A stretch of DNA of 64,000 nt from Bacteroidota bacterium (GTDB taxonomy: Bacteria > Bacteroidota > Ignavibacteria > UBA10030 > UBA8401). Below are positions 36,149-46,404 of the stretch, piece after piece (position 1 is the first letter of the stretch; each line of letters opens with the position of its first letter). A program made the position numbers and the translations under genes. The stretch spans positions 4,769 to 68,768 of the forward strand of contig JAGVPT010000185.1 of the NCBI GenBank assembly GCA_020052095.1, read 5' to 3'. The notes below the pieces were generated by a model. That model was not told where the DNA came from and ran no database searches. It saw only the letters and a program-made list of their open reading frames with translations.

Positions 36149-38395
36149 TCACGAACTCATTCTCTTCCCTAGTGAATCTGAATATACCTCACGAAGCTCC
36201 TCTCCATCCAGAATTGCAATTTCATTGATCGAGACTTTGTCCTCCTGAGTGACAACTCCCAAGAGACAATAATCCACATTGGACTGCCTGATCAATGTCG
36301 TTACCTCCCTTTGATTGTCCCTTGGACACGTAATGATTATTCTAGACTGTTCTTCTCCGAATAGCAAGAAATCATTCCTTAAGGATTTTTCATTTGGGAT
36401 TTGCACTGCACATCCGAACGAGCTGAAAATGGCCGCTTCGGCGATGGCGATTGCTATACCTCCATCGGAAACGTCGTGTGCAGAAGCAACAAGGTTCCTT
36501 TGGATTAGTTTAAGACAGCACTCCTGGATTCTCCGTTCCTCCTCAATGTCGAAATGCGGAGCATCAGTGCCCGCGAATCCAAAGAGTTGCTGAAGGTACT
36601 CGCTGCCGTTGATATCGCCACGGTTTTTGCCCAACAGAATAATGTCATCACCAGGATTTTTGAATGCAGCTGTGGTGATGTGGAATCTGTTCTCTATCAA
36701 CCCGACCATGCCGATTACCGGAGTTGGATAAATCGAGCTTTCAGGACTTTCGTTGTAGAAGCTGACGTTTCCCCCGGTGACGGGCGTGTTGAAAACGCGA
36801 CACGCGTATCCAATCCCCGCAACCGCTTCCTTGAATTGCCAGAACGACTCCGGTTTATAAGGGTTTCCAAAGTTCAAGCAGTTTGTTATTCCAATCGGTG
36901 TAGCTCCCGAGCAGACAACGTTTCGGGCAGCTTCGGCAACTGCAATTTCTGCCCCCTTCCGTGGACTTAAGTATACATAACGACCATTGCAATCGGTTGT
37001 CATCGCAAGAAATTTTTCAGTTCCTTTGATTCGAACGACTGCCGCATCCGACCCGGGAAGTACGCTTGTGTTGGTTCTGACCATGGAGTCGTACTGCTCA
37101 AAAACCCAACGCTTGCTGGCGATGTTCGGTGACGCCAACAATGTCTTGATGCTCCGGCCGTAATCCGGAATCGACCGAAGCGATTGAAAATCCATCGCTT
37201 TGCGATCCCTGATGTATGCCGGTTCAGCCGCATTGCGAATGTACACAGGAGCTCCACCGCCGAGCACGAGCGATTCAGCAGGGACTTCTGCTTTCAATTC
37301 TCCCCCTTTAAATACCCGCACGATGCCGTCATTCGTGACCTCGCCGATGACAACGGAATGAAGATCCCATTTGTCGAAAATTGATTTAACCTGTTCCTCA
37401 CAACCTTTTTTTACGACGAGCAGCATCCTCTCCTGCGACTCGGACAACATAATCTCATATGCGGACATTTCTGATTCTCGGACCGGGACCTTGTCAAGGT
37501 CTACTCTCATACCGGACTTCCCTTTTGCACTCATTTCCATTGTTGAACAAGTGATTCCAGCAGCGCCCATATCTTGTATTCCGATAAGATAGCCCGCCCG
37601 AATTACTTCAAGTGTAGCTTCGAGCAACAATTTTTCAGTAAAAGGGTCGCCCACTTGCACGGAAGGGCGCTTGCTTTCTGACTTTTCAGAAATTTCTTCG
37701 GAAGCGAATGTCGCACCGTGGATTCCATCTCGTCCGGTCGCCGAACCTACAATCATGACCGAATTGCCAACTCCATGCGCGGTGGCAGACGCAACGTCAG
37801 AATGTTTCACGACTCCCACTGCCATCGCATTAACAAGTGGGTTTCCTTGATAGAATTTATTGAAGTACACTTCGCCGGCAACTGTCGGGACGCCGAAACT
37901 GTTGCCGTAATCTCCGATCCCTTTCACCACGCCTCTGAACAATTGACGGGCACGTGAATCACTCAGCTCACCGAATCGCAATGAATTGAGCGCTGCGATT
38001 GGCCGTGCTCCCATGGTAAAGATATCGCGCATGATCCCCCCCACTCCAGTTGCGGCCCCTTGATACGGCTCCACCGCCGACGGATGATTGTGGCTTTCAA
38101 TCTTGAATGCAACGGCCAGTCCGTCACCGATATCAACAAGCCCGGCATTCTCCTCACCTGCGCTGACGAGTAATCGTCCGCCTGAACGAGGAAGCGTCTT
38201 GAGCAGAGCAATTGAGTTCTTGTAGCTGCAATGCTCGCTCCACATGACGCTATAAATCCCCAGTTCGGTGTACGTTGGAGTACGCCCAAGAATGCTCAGG
38301 ACCTTGTCGTATTCTTCGTCAGTGAGCCCGTGGTGAAGAGCAAGCTCTCGGGTGACTTCCGGTTCGGCTCTGTTCGGACTTATCATATTCTTCAA
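36149..38395 (-). CDS. purL: Phosphoribosylformylglycinamidine synthase subunit II
   Basis: PurL signature segments ([33 protein letters not shown], duplicated AIRS-like domains); 748 aa. Confidence 0.9.
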   Translation of the reverse strand: MKNMISPNRAEPEVTRELALHHGLTDEEYDKVLSILGRTPTYTELGIYSVMWSEHCSYKNSIALLKTLPRSGGRLLVSAGEENAGLVDIGDGLAVAFKIESHNHPSAVEPYQGAATGVGGIMRDIFTMGARPIAALNSLRFGELSDSRARQLFRGVVKGIGDYGNSFGVPTVAGEVYFNKFYQGNPLVNAMAVGVVKHSDVASATAHGVGNSVMIVGSATGRDGIHGATFASEEISEKSESKRPSVQVGDPFTEKLLLEATLEVIRAGYLIGIQDMGAAGITCSTMEMSAKGKSGMRVDLDKVPVRESEMSAYEIMLSESQERMLLVVKKGCEEQVKSIFDKWDLHSVVIGEVTNDGIVRVFKGGELKAEVPAESLVLGGGAPVYIRNAAEPAYIRDRKAMDFQSLRSIPDYGRSIKTLLASPNIASKRWVFEQYDSMVRTNTSVLPGSDAAVVRIKGTEKFLAMTTDCNGRYVYLSPRKGAEIAVAEAARNVVCSGATPIGITNCLNFGNPYKPESFWQFKEAVAGIGYACRVFNTPVTGGNVSFYNESPESSIYPTPVIGMVGLIENRFHITTAAFKNPGDDIILLGKNRGDINGSEYLQQLFGFAGTDAPHFDIEEERRIQECCLKLIQRNLVASAHDVSDGGIAIAIAEAAIFSSFGCAVQIPNEKSLRNDFLLFGEEQSRIIITCPRDNQREVTTLIRQSNVDYCLLGVVTQEDKVSINEIAILDGEELREVYSDSLGKRMSS

Positions 38396-38529
38396 TATCC
38401 GCTTTCTAAGTTATTGGCTACCACTCTGACAGGCCTTCGGACACAAAGTCCTAAGAACGAAGAAGATCTAAGATTATTTGGTTCTCGAGCGACCAAGTGA
38501 AGATTTTCATACGACTTGCCTCGAATGAG

Positions 38530-39033
38530 TCATGCTATCGTCATGAGGAGCTCTCCCTTTTCGACAACTTGTCTCTCTTTCACGAGCATCCTCTTGATCA
38601 CACCTCCTGTGTTGGCTCGAATCTCATTTTCCATTTTCATCGCTTCAAGTATGAGCAACCCATCTCCCGGTTTGACCTTAGTCCCCTCCTGAACCTCGCA
38701 TCGAACCACCATGCCGGGCATCGGCGAACGAACTTCGGTGTCAATGGCGGTCCGCCTTGTTCCACCGAGAACCTTCGAAGCCAATTGTTTTGTTGAGTCT
38801 TCAGTACTTACTCTAATGAAGTTTCCATTGATTATGATATCATAGTTCAAGTCATTTTTAGTGACCATAACGAAGTAGGACTTTCCTTTAAAGAGTATTG
38901 AAACTCCGTTGGGGGAAATTTTTGTTACTTCTACGGGAATCTTTTCTCCGGCAAGAGACACTGTACCGTCGTCATCAAATCGCCAGTGGAATTTTCTGGT
39001 TCCTATGGTCGAAATTATTGTAGCCACGCTCAT
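38530..39033 (-). CDS. Biotin-carboxyl-carrier-like protein (biotinyl domain with non-canonical N-terminal domain)
   Basis: C-terminal biotinyl domain with LEAMKMENEI (AMKM biotinylation motif). The N-terminal roughly 90 aa are beta-rich and lack the usual Pro/Ala linker. Confidence 0.65.
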   Translation of the reverse strand: MSVATIISTIGTRKFHWRFDDDGTVSLAGEKIPVEVTKISPNGVSILFKGKSYFVMVTKNDLNYDIIINGNFIRVSTEDSTKQLASKVLGGTRRTAIDTEVRSPMPGMVVRCEVQEGTKVKPGDGLLILEAMKMENEIRANTGGVIKRMLVKERQVVEKGELLMTIA

Positions 39034-40529
39034 TCGTCAAACCGCTTATTCTTCCAATTTCCGGAGGAGATGCTGTGCTCCCTCATCTCTTTCCCTTTGC
39101 CACTATCCCAATTGTGCATCGATGCGGCGGCTAGAGAGGCAATGAGTTCTTCCTCTTCGCTCCGGATTAATTTGTCAGGATGGTAATATTTTTCTACAAA
39201 ATGAATATCGTATTCGCCCTCGATGAACTTGGGATGGGAGATGACGAATGCACAGAACGGAATAGTTGTCGACACGCCCGAGATCTTAAATTCCTCGAGT
39301 GCACGTTTCATCTTTCGAATGGATTCTGATCGATCGGCGCCCCAAACCACTAATTTTGAAAGCAGAGGATCATAAAAATGAACGATCTCAGAACCGCGCA
39401 TGATTCCGGAGTCATGACGGATTCCGTAGCCCTCGCTCGGCATGTAATCTTCCACTCTTCCGGTTGACGGAATAAATCCTTCCAGGGGATCCTCCGCATA
39501 TATCCTGCATTCGATCGCATGTCCGCGAGGAACGACCTGCTCTTGCGTAAGAGACAACTCTTCGCCTTGCGCAATTCGAATCTGAGCTTTCACGAGATCC
39601 AGGCCGAACACCATCTCAGTAACCGGATGTTCGACTTGGAGTCTTGTATTCATCTCGAGAAAATAGAATGACTTGTCCGAGTCCATCAAGAACTCAACAG
39701 TTCCGGCATTTACGTAGCCACACTTTTGCACCGCATTGACGGCAGCTTCTCCCATCCTCTTTCGGATATCAGGAGTCAATAAAGAGCTCGGACATTCCTC
39801 CACGACCTTCTGATGTCGACGCTGAACGGAGCATTCCCTTTCTCCCAGGTAAATCACATTTCCATGCATGTCTGCGAGTATTTGTATCTCAATATGCCTG
39901 GGATTTTGGAGGTACTTTTCAATGAACACGCTCTCGCTTCCGAAAGAACTCTTCGATTCAGACTTTGCCTGACTAAATGACTGCTCAAGTTCTCCCACTT
40001 CATCGACCTTCCGCATTCCTTTTCCCCCACCTCCGTGTACGGCTTTGATCAGAATTGGATATCCAATACTCTTGGCAACTTTAGCCGCCTCAGTAAAATC
40101 CTTTAATGGATATGTAGTTCCCGGGATTATTGGAACATTTGCTTTCGCCATCAATTCGCGGGCACCTGTCTTACCCCCCATGGATCTCATGGCCGCACTT
40201 GAAGGGCCAATGAAAATTAAGCCGGCCGATGTCGTTGCGTCGACGAAATCTGGGTTCTCGGAGAGGAATCCGTAACCGGGGTGAATAGCGTCACAATGGC
40301 TTGCATGAGCTATATCTATTATTTTTTTGATATCAAGATAAGTATCTTTTGATAAATTTCCGTTGAGAGAATACGCTTCGTTCGCTTGAAGAACGTGCGG
40401 AGCACGCCTGTCCGCGTCCGAAAATATCGCCACCGTTTGAATCCCCATCTCGGAGGCAGAGCGGTGAATTCGAAGAGCAATCTCTCCCCGGTTTGCAATC
40501 AGGATTTTCTTTATGACCTTCGGTTTCAT
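39030..40529 (-). CDS. accC: Biotin carboxylase (ATP-grasp) subunit
   Basis: KILIANRGEIALRI, ATP-grasp motifs and the EMNTRLQVEHPVTE catalytic segment. Start taken at MKPKV (ATG at 40529), which overlaps the mutS2 stop (TAATG); the listed start at 40577 lies inside mutS2. Confidence 0.9.
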   Translation of the reverse strand: MKPKVIKKILIANRGEIALRIHRSASEMGIQTVAIFSDADRRAPHVLQANEAYSLNGNLSKDTYLDIKKIIDIAHASHCDAIHPGYGFLSENPDFVDATTSAGLIFIGPSSAAMRSMGGKTGARELMAKANVPIIPGTTYPLKDFTEAAKVAKSIGYPILIKAVHGGGGKGMRKVDEVGELEQSFSQAKSESKSSFGSESVFIEKYLQNPRHIEIQILADMHGNVIYLGERECSVQRRHQKVVEECPSSLLTPDIRKRMGEAAVNAVQKCGYVNAGTVEFLMDSDKSFYFLEMNTRLQVEHPVTEMVFGLDLVKAQIRIAQGEELSLTQEQVVPRGHAIECRIYAEDPLEGFIPSTGRVEDYMPSEGYGIRHDSGIMRGSEIVHFYDPLLSKLVVWGADRSESIRKMKRALEEFKISGVSTTIPFCAFVISHPKFIEGEYDIHFVEKYYHPDKLIRSEEEELIASLAAASMHNWDSGKGKEMREHSISSGNWKNKRFDE

Positions 40530-42895
40530 TAGTCCTTCAGCTCGACAACAGTGACTCCGGCGCCACCTTCGTTCCATTCTCCAAGACGATGGGATTTGAT
40601 CCTTTTGTCTGACTGGAGATATGAATTTATTCTCTTTCGCAGGACCCCAGTCCCCTTTCCGTGAATAATATCGATTCGATGTAATCCACTAACAGTGGCG
40701 CTGTCAATGAATTTGTCAACCGCCTCAATAGCGTCGTCTCCATAGAATCCCCTAACGTCAAGTTCACGCTGAGGCTTCCCTTCCAGAAAAATTGGTGCAG
40801 ACGCTCGCGGAGCGGCGGACTGGCCTGTCAAAGGAACTACGTCGCTGATGTGCACCTTCATCTTCAGGCTGTCAAATGCGACTTGAAGCAGGCCATTGGA
40901 ATCGGAGACCTGCACCACTTCGCCTACCTGCGAATTTGATTTGAGTCGAACAAGACTCCCTTTTGCGACAATGGAGCTGCTATCAGTTGAATGAAGCTCA
41001 AGTTCGCCCAAAGATCTCTCAATACGATGAATCTCAGCCTCCAGCTCATGCACTTCTGCCTTTGATTCCCGAATGACGGATTTCTCCGCCTGACTCTGCC
41101 TTATCTCCTTCACCGAGCGCTCAATTACTGAGTTCGCCTTGCTTATGATCGCCTTTGCTTCTTCTACTGCTTTCGATTTTATGAGTTTCAATTCTCGTTG
41201 GAGTGACTTTAATTTTGTTTCATACTCGGTCACTAATTCATTTAACTGTATCTTTTCCCGGTCGATTGCCTCTAACTGTTTCGAGAGCGCTTGCGAACGA
41301 TTTTCCAAATCAAGAATTAGTTTTTCGAGATGGGATTTCTGCTCTCCAGCCATCGCCTCGGCTTCGGAAATTAGTGAACTTGAAATCCCGAGACGCTTCG
41401 CAATCTCCAGAGCGTAGCTGCTACCTGGCACACCCACTCGGAAATTGTATGTCGGTAAAAGAGATCTTTGGTCGAATTCCATCGCCCCGTTTTCCATCCC
41501 TTCAGTCTCGTGTGCAAACGCCTTTAGTGCAACCTGGTGTGTTGTAGCAATAGTAAATGCTCCCGCCTTTGTGAGCTGGCGAAGAATTGCCGCAGCAAGT
41601 GCCCCACCTTCTACGGGATCTGTCCCTGCTCCTATCTCGTCCACCAAGACCAGGCTTCGACCATCGGCTGTTGAGAGAATCTCTTTCAGTCTGGCGATGT
41701 GGGAAGTGAAAGTGCTGAGATCATTTTCGATTGACTGATCATCACCGATATCGACATGCAATTGAGTAAAAATCGGAAATTCAGAGTCAGGCGACGATGG
41801 GATATGAATTCCTGACTGCACCATCATGACCAATATCCCAACAGTTTTCATGGCGACACTTTTGCCGCCAGCATTCGGTCCTGTAATCAACAATGTCGTA
41901 AAGCCGTTACCAATTTCGATCGAGAGGGGGATTACCTTCTCGCGAGGATGATGCAACAGGAGAATCGGATGCCGCGCCTGGCAAATCTTGAGAGGGCCGG
42001 ATTCTTTTAGAAAGGGTTTATTCCCTTTAATCTCAATGGAATACCTTGCTTTGGCATAAATCAAATCTAGGTGAGCCAGGATATCTAAGTCCCTCAACAA
42101 ATCTAGATGCACTTCGCGAACCTGAGATGTCAATACCCGGAGGATCTTTTCGATTTCTCGCAATTCCTTAAAATGAAGCTCGCGAATTTCGTTATTGAGA
42201 GCCAAAGTCTCGGCCGGTTCAATAAATACAGTCGACCCCGTTGCGGACGAACTGTGAATAAAGCCCGGTACATGGTGCTTCTCCTCCACCTTGACAGGAA
42301 TTACCATCCTTCCGTCCCTCGTGGTAATGATCTCGTCTTGTGCAAAGCCTTTTTCAGAGACACTTCTTAGGATCCGCTCGAGTTGTTTGCGAAGCGACTC
42401 GTACATTGAAACGATGTCATTTCGAATCGTCTTCAATTCTTTACTTGCGTTGTCTCGCACTAACCCATTTTCATCAATGGCTTGAATGATGTTGTACTCA
42501 AGTACTTTATTGGTAGCGATACCTTCACAGAAAGAAGACAATTCAAGATACCCATCACTTCCTTTTTGGATGAAGGTCTTAAGGTTTCTTGAAGTTTGGA
42601 GTGTCTGAGCTATTGCGAGGAGGTCTGACGGCTTGAGAATGCTGTTTTCTATTCCTGACCTCTGCAGCGCTTCTCGGTTATCGTGGAGGCCATCGATCGG
42701 AAAAGGGCCGTCACTTTCCAAAATCCTTTTCAGCTCATCGACCAGAGTCAATTCCCTTGCTACCTCGTCCAAAACAGAGATGGGCGACAAATGCTCCGCC
42801 GCTCGCTTTCCCAATTCGGACGTGACATACGATTGCAGTCGGATGAGTATTTTATTAAACTCAAGTTTTTCGACTGCAGATTGGAATTGGATCAT
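40529..42895 (-). CDS. mutS2: Endonuclease MutS2 (MutS domain plus C-terminal Smr domain)
   Basis: Walker A GPNAGGKS, MutS domains, and a C-terminal Smr domain (LDVRGFYGDDAIEAV...HGKGTGVLR). Confidence 0.85.
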   Translation of the reverse strand: MIQFQSAVEKLEFNKILIRLQSYVTSELGKRAAEHLSPISVLDEVARELTLVDELKRILESDGPFPIDGLHDNREALQRSGIENSILKPSDLLAIAQTLQTSRNLKTFIQKGSDGYLELSSFCEGIATNKVLEYNIIQAIDENGLVRDNASKELKTIRNDIVSMYESLRKQLERILRSVSEKGFAQDEIITTRDGRMVIPVKVEEKHHVPGFIHSSSATGSTVFIEPAETLALNNEIRELHFKELREIEKILRVLTSQVREVHLDLLRDLDILAHLDLIYAKARYSIEIKGNKPFLKESGPLKICQARHPILLLHHPREKVIPLSIEIGNGFTTLLITGPNAGGKSVAMKTVGILVMMVQSGIHIPSSPDSEFPIFTQLHVDIGDDQSIENDLSTFTSHIARLKEILSTADGRSLVLVDEIGAGTDPVEGGALAAAILRQLTKAGAFTIATTHQVALKAFAHETEGMENGAMEFDQRSLLPTYNFRVGVPGSSYALEIAKRLGISSSLISEAEAMAGEQKSHLEKLILDLENRSQALSKQLEAIDREKIQLNELVTEYETKLKSLQRELKLIKSKAVEEAKAIISKANSVIERSVKEIRQSQAEKSVIRESKAEVHELEAEIHRIERSLGELELHSTDSSSIVAKGSLVRLKSNSQVGEVVQVSDSNGLLQVAFDSLKMKVHISDVVPLTGQSAAPRASAPIFLEGKPQRELDVRGFYGDDAIEAVDKFIDSATVSGLHRIDIIHGKGTGVLRKRINSYLQSDKRIKSHRLGEWNEGGAGVTVVELKD

Positions 42896-42912
42896 TGAGG
42901 AAATGGCTGCTC

Positions 42913-43440
42913 CTAGGGATTGGCCTTTTTCTTCACCGATTTCATTATTTCCTGATAAAAGTCCTCAGACTCGGGCAAGAAAGTATTAATGCTGTCAAAT
43001 AGACGCGGCGCAAAATTCTTAAGAGGTTTATAGAGAAGGGATTCGGAACGAGTTTCATCGGATGGATAATGAAAATAGATGCTGAGAAAAATGACTGTTA
43101 CGCTTACCAACAGTCCCCCCTCAAGCAATCCCATCAGAAGCCCTCCGATCTTATTCCACAGCCCCTCGCCCAGTTTCTTGATGACGAGCCTGTAAAAGAT
43201 TGCCTGCGAGATCATGATTACACATACGATGACGATGAACGAGAGCGTTGTGCCGGTGCCGGGGGAAAGTCCGAGCGGTCCGGAGATCTCATCGCTGACC
43301 GTCGAGGCGAACTTTGTTGCGACCACGAGGGAAAGTGCGAGACAAATGAGAGCAATAAGCTTCCGCAGTAATCCCTTGCGCCAGCCGGCGAACATGAAGA
43401 CGGAGAGTACGAGCGCCAGAATAATATCGAAGCTACCCAT
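42913..43440 (-). CDS. cvpA: CvpA-family membrane protein (colicin V production protein-like)
   Basis: 4-TM protein whose N-terminus MGSFDIILALVLSVFMFAGWRKGLLRKL is typical of CvpA. Confidence 0.7.
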   Translation of the reverse strand: MGSFDIILALVLSVFMFAGWRKGLLRKLIALICLALSLVVATKFASTVSDEISGPLGLSPGTGTTLSFIVIVCVIMISQAIFYRLVIKKLGEGLWNKIGGLLMGLLEGGLLVSVTVIFLSIYFHYPSDETRSESLLYKPLKNFAPRLFDSINTFLPESEDFYQEIMKSVKKKANP

Positions 43441-43891
43441 TGTATTTTTCGAGCTTTTGTTTTACAATTTCCGAGATTATTTTTGAATCGATCTTGCCCT
43501 TTAGTTCCTTCATCGCCAACGGCATAACTTTACCCATCTCTTTCAAAGAAGAGGCTCCCGACTCTTGTATAACCTTCACTATGATCGCCTCCGCCTCCTC
43601 TTGGGACAATTGTTTCGGCAAGTACTCGAAGATGATTTTGAGTTCCTTTGTCTCCTGCTCGACCAGCTCTGTCCTTCCGGCGGCCTTGAATTGCTCAATT
43701 GACTCATTCCGTTTTTTTACAGCAGAAACAAGGATTGACATTTCATCGTCCTCATTCATCGGACGGTCCAGCCCCTTTTTCTCGAATTCTATAATTTGTG
43801 CGCGCACCATGCGGAGCGTTTCGAGCCGGGTTTTATCCCCGGCTTTCATTGCTGCCTTCAAGTCATCATTTATTTTTTGTGCAAGTGCCAT
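43433..43891 (-). CDS. GatB/YqeY-domain protein
   Basis: YqeY-like helical protein. Start set at MALAQKINDDLKAAMKAGDK by analogy with YqeY N-termini; the listed ORF start is 43954. Confidence 0.7.
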   Translation of the reverse strand: MALAQKINDDLKAAMKAGDKTRLETLRMVRAQIIEFEKKGLDRPMNEDDEMSILVSAVKKRNESIEQFKAAGRTELVEQETKELKIIFEYLPKQLSQEEAEAIIVKVIQESGASSLKEMGKVMPLAMKELKGKIDSKIISEIVKQKLEKYNG

Positions 43892-43919
43892 GATACCGTC
43901 TTTCCTAATACGTTTCTTT

Positions 43920-44630
43920 TTAGACGCCGCCGTATATTCGTACGGTCTGACCATTAATTGCCGATGCTTGGTCAGAGGCCAGAAATAGGACTACGTTCGC
44001 CGCCTCATCGAGTGTGACCCATGCCGCACTCTCCTCCTTGGAGGCAGACTCTCTGTTCGCCGCTGTCAGGAGTATGCTGGGCGCAATTGCATTAACAGTG
44101 ATGTCTGAGTCGAGATATGATTTTGCTTCTTCTCCGGCGATGTGCGTAAAAGTAGCAACTCCAGCTTTCGCAATTCCGTATGCTCCCCTTCCCGCTCCGG
44201 GAGAAAGTCCGGCCATCGCGGAGACGTTGATAATTCTGCCGTATTTATTTTTGCGCATTATCCGGAGAGCGCTTTGCGAACAAAGAAAGCACGTCTTCAA
44301 GTTCAGAGCAAACATAAATTCCCATTCTCTCTCTTCCAAATCAGCGATGTCTTTCTTCGGCATGTAACCCCCGACAAGATTGCAGACTATATGCACGGTC
44401 TTTTTCTTATCCAAAAGAGTTGCGAAGACGCCCTGAACATCTTTCTCTTTTGATAAATCTCCTTTCAGCATTACTGCGCCAGGAAAGTCCTTCATGAACT
44501 GAGGAACGTCGGAGTCGCTGCGATATGTAACAACGACCTCGGCGCCGGCGGCGATAAATCTCTTCGTCAAAACTCTTCCTAATTCACCCGTGCCGCCTGT
44601 GATCAGGGTTATTTTCCCTGTAAGATTCAT
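43920..44630 (-). CDS. SDR-family oxidoreductase (3-oxoacyl-ACP reductase-like)
   Basis: TGGTGELG Rossmann motif, NVSAMAG...YGIAKAG catalytic tetrad region. Confidence 0.75.
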   Translation of the reverse strand: MNLTGKITLITGGTGELGRVLTKRFIAAGAEVVVTYRSDSDVPQFMKDFPGAVMLKGDLSKEKDVQGVFATLLDKKKTVHIVCNLVGGYMPKKDIADLEEREWEFMFALNLKTCFLCSQSALRIMRKNKYGRIINVSAMAGLSPGAGRGAYGIAKAGVATFTHIAGEEAKSYLDSDITVNAIAPSILLTAANRESASKEESAAWVTLDEAANVVLFLASDQASAINGQTVRIYGGV

Positions 44631-44708
44631 CCCGTTGACCTTCCAGCAACAATATATTACAAGCGCGTGCGAAAATCAATCCGATAAATTGATTATTACG
44701 CCAATAGC

Positions 44709-46391
44709 ATGTATATTTATCAAAATTTCATTCACCAATTAAGCATTGAAATGGATTGGATCGATTTCAAACAAATTCAAAACTTCGAGCTTGGGATCAC
44801 CCCCCTTTTTGTGGATTATCTTCATGACTTCGAAAAAGTGGAGCAGTATTTTGCCGTCGATTTTCGAAATAGAAAAGGCTGGAAGAAGCTTCTTGAGAGC
44901 GTGCTTTCGAAGCAAAAAGACCGATCGACGCTGGTTCGCGTTCTGACCGAACAGAATAAGGAACACCATTGCGGGATCAAGACGCTTGCAAATATTGACC
45001 TCCTCGGAAATGACAACACGGTCGCAATCGTCACCGGTCAACAAGTTGGGATTTGTAGCGGTCCTTTGTATACAATCTACAAAACAATCACGGCGATAAA
45101 ATTGGCGGAGCAACTAGCCACGCAATTCCCTGACCACAACTTTGTCCCTGTTTTTTGGGTTGAAGGCGAGGATCATGATTTCGACGAAGTCAACAAGTTC
45201 AATCTTATAAACCCGGGGGGCCAATTCGAGAAAATAGAGTATCTGTGGGGAGGCAAACCGCTGGAAAAGAACCCCGGCCCTGTTGGCAACCTCCTGATCG
45301 ATGGCTTCATTGATAAGTTCTTCGACGACGTGCAATCGAGTTTACAGGAAACCGAGTTCAAGGCGCAAATATTTGCCTCGCTGCGCGGGCATTATCGCGC
45401 TGGTTCGACCCTTGGGAAAGCCTTCCTGGGATTGATGAATCAATTGTTTGAGGAGACTGGACTGATTTTTCTCAACCCGGACAACAAAGAATTCAAGCAA
45501 ATTCTGAAACCCATTTTCCAAAAAGAAATTGCGGCGATAACGAAGACGTCACAGATGGTGATCGAGAGAAGCGCCGAACTTGAAGAGCATTATCATGCGC
45601 AAATCAAAGCGAAAGCGCTAAACCTTTTCATGCTCCATAAGGGGGGACGGTACCTTATCGAAGCAAGAGAACATGATTACAGCCTGAAAGGGACGCGGCA
45701 GTTCTTCTCTAAGGAGGAGTTGAATGCAATCGTGGAGAATACTCCGGAGATGATTTCTTCTAATGTCGTCCTCCGGCCTATTTGCCAGGATACGATTTTG
45801 CCGACGCTCGCGTATGTCTGTGGACCGTCGGAAATCGCGTACTTCGCGCAACTAAAACCGGTGTACGAATTCTTCGGCGTCCCGATGCCGGTTGTCTACC
45901 CGCGCGCAAGTGTGACGATCGTGGAAGAAAAGGTAAAGAATATTCTCGAAAAATTTCAGGTGGACTTCACCGAAGTAATATCAAACCTCGACCCCGTTCT
46001 CATTAGGATCGCAGAACAGGTATCAGAAGTCAAGCTTGAGGCGTTGTTTGAGAGCTTGAACCGCCGTGTGAGGGAGGCAGTCGTTGAATCTCGGTTCGGC
46101 ATTCAACAAATAGATCCCACTCTTTCGGGAGCAGTCGATTCGACATTGGCAAGAATTGAGGGACAAATTAACGTGCTGAAAGAAAAGACCCAACAAGCGC
46201 AACAGCGGCGGCAGGATGTGACGGTGAAGCAGGTACAAAAAGTGGCGTTGAATATTTTCCCTAACTCAAATTTTCAGGAAAGGGAATTCAACGTTGTCTA
46301 TTACATGAATAAATATGGACCGGATTTTGTAAAGTGGCTCGCGGGTGAAATCGTTATCGACCGGTTTCAGCATCAACTGATTGAACTCTGA
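44709..46391 (+). CDS. bshC: Bacillithiol biosynthesis cysteine-adding enzyme BshC
   Basis: Diagnostic VTGQQVGICSGPLYTIYK (GQQxGLxxGPLYTxxK) motif and coiled-coil C-terminus; 560 aa. The true start may be the internal MDWIDF at 44751. Confidence 0.7.
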   Translation: MYIYQNFIHQLSIEMDWIDFKQIQNFELGITPLFVDYLHDFEKVEQYFAVDFRNRKGWKKLLESVLSKQKDRSTLVRVLTEQNKEHHCGIKTLANIDLLGNDNTVAIVTGQQVGICSGPLYTIYKTITAIKLAEQLATQFPDHNFVPVFWVEGEDHDFDEVNKFNLINPGGQFEKIEYLWGGKPLEKNPGPVGNLLIDGFIDKFFDDVQSSLQETEFKAQIFASLRGHYRAGSTLGKAFLGLMNQLFEETGLIFLNPDNKEFKQILKPIFQKEIAAITKTSQMVIERSAELEEHYHAQIKAKALNLFMLHKGGRYLIEAREHDYSLKGTRQFFSKEELNAIVENTPEMISSNVVLRPICQDTILPTLAYVCGPSEIAYFAQLKPVYEFFGVPMPVVYPRASVTIVEEKVKNILEKFQVDFTEVISNLDPVLIRIAEQVSEVKLEALFESLNRRVREAVVESRFGIQQIDPTLSGAVDSTLARIEGQINVLKEKTQQAQQRRQDVTVKQVQKVALNIFPNSNFQEREFNVVYYMNKYGPDFVKWLAGEIVIDRFQHQLIEL

Positions 46392-46404
46392 TTTTGCGCG
46401 CTGA

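Noticed and set aside
40529-40577. Longer N-terminal extensions offered by the ORF track for accC (40577), ribF (52381), tdk (22425), the SDR (2395), rbfA (53400), rimP (58058) and the MalK-like ATPase (47577)
   Set aside because: The extensions run into the upstream gene, are not conserved relative to known N-termini of these families, and internal starts with better spacing exist. Shorter starts are adopted but remain uncertain.
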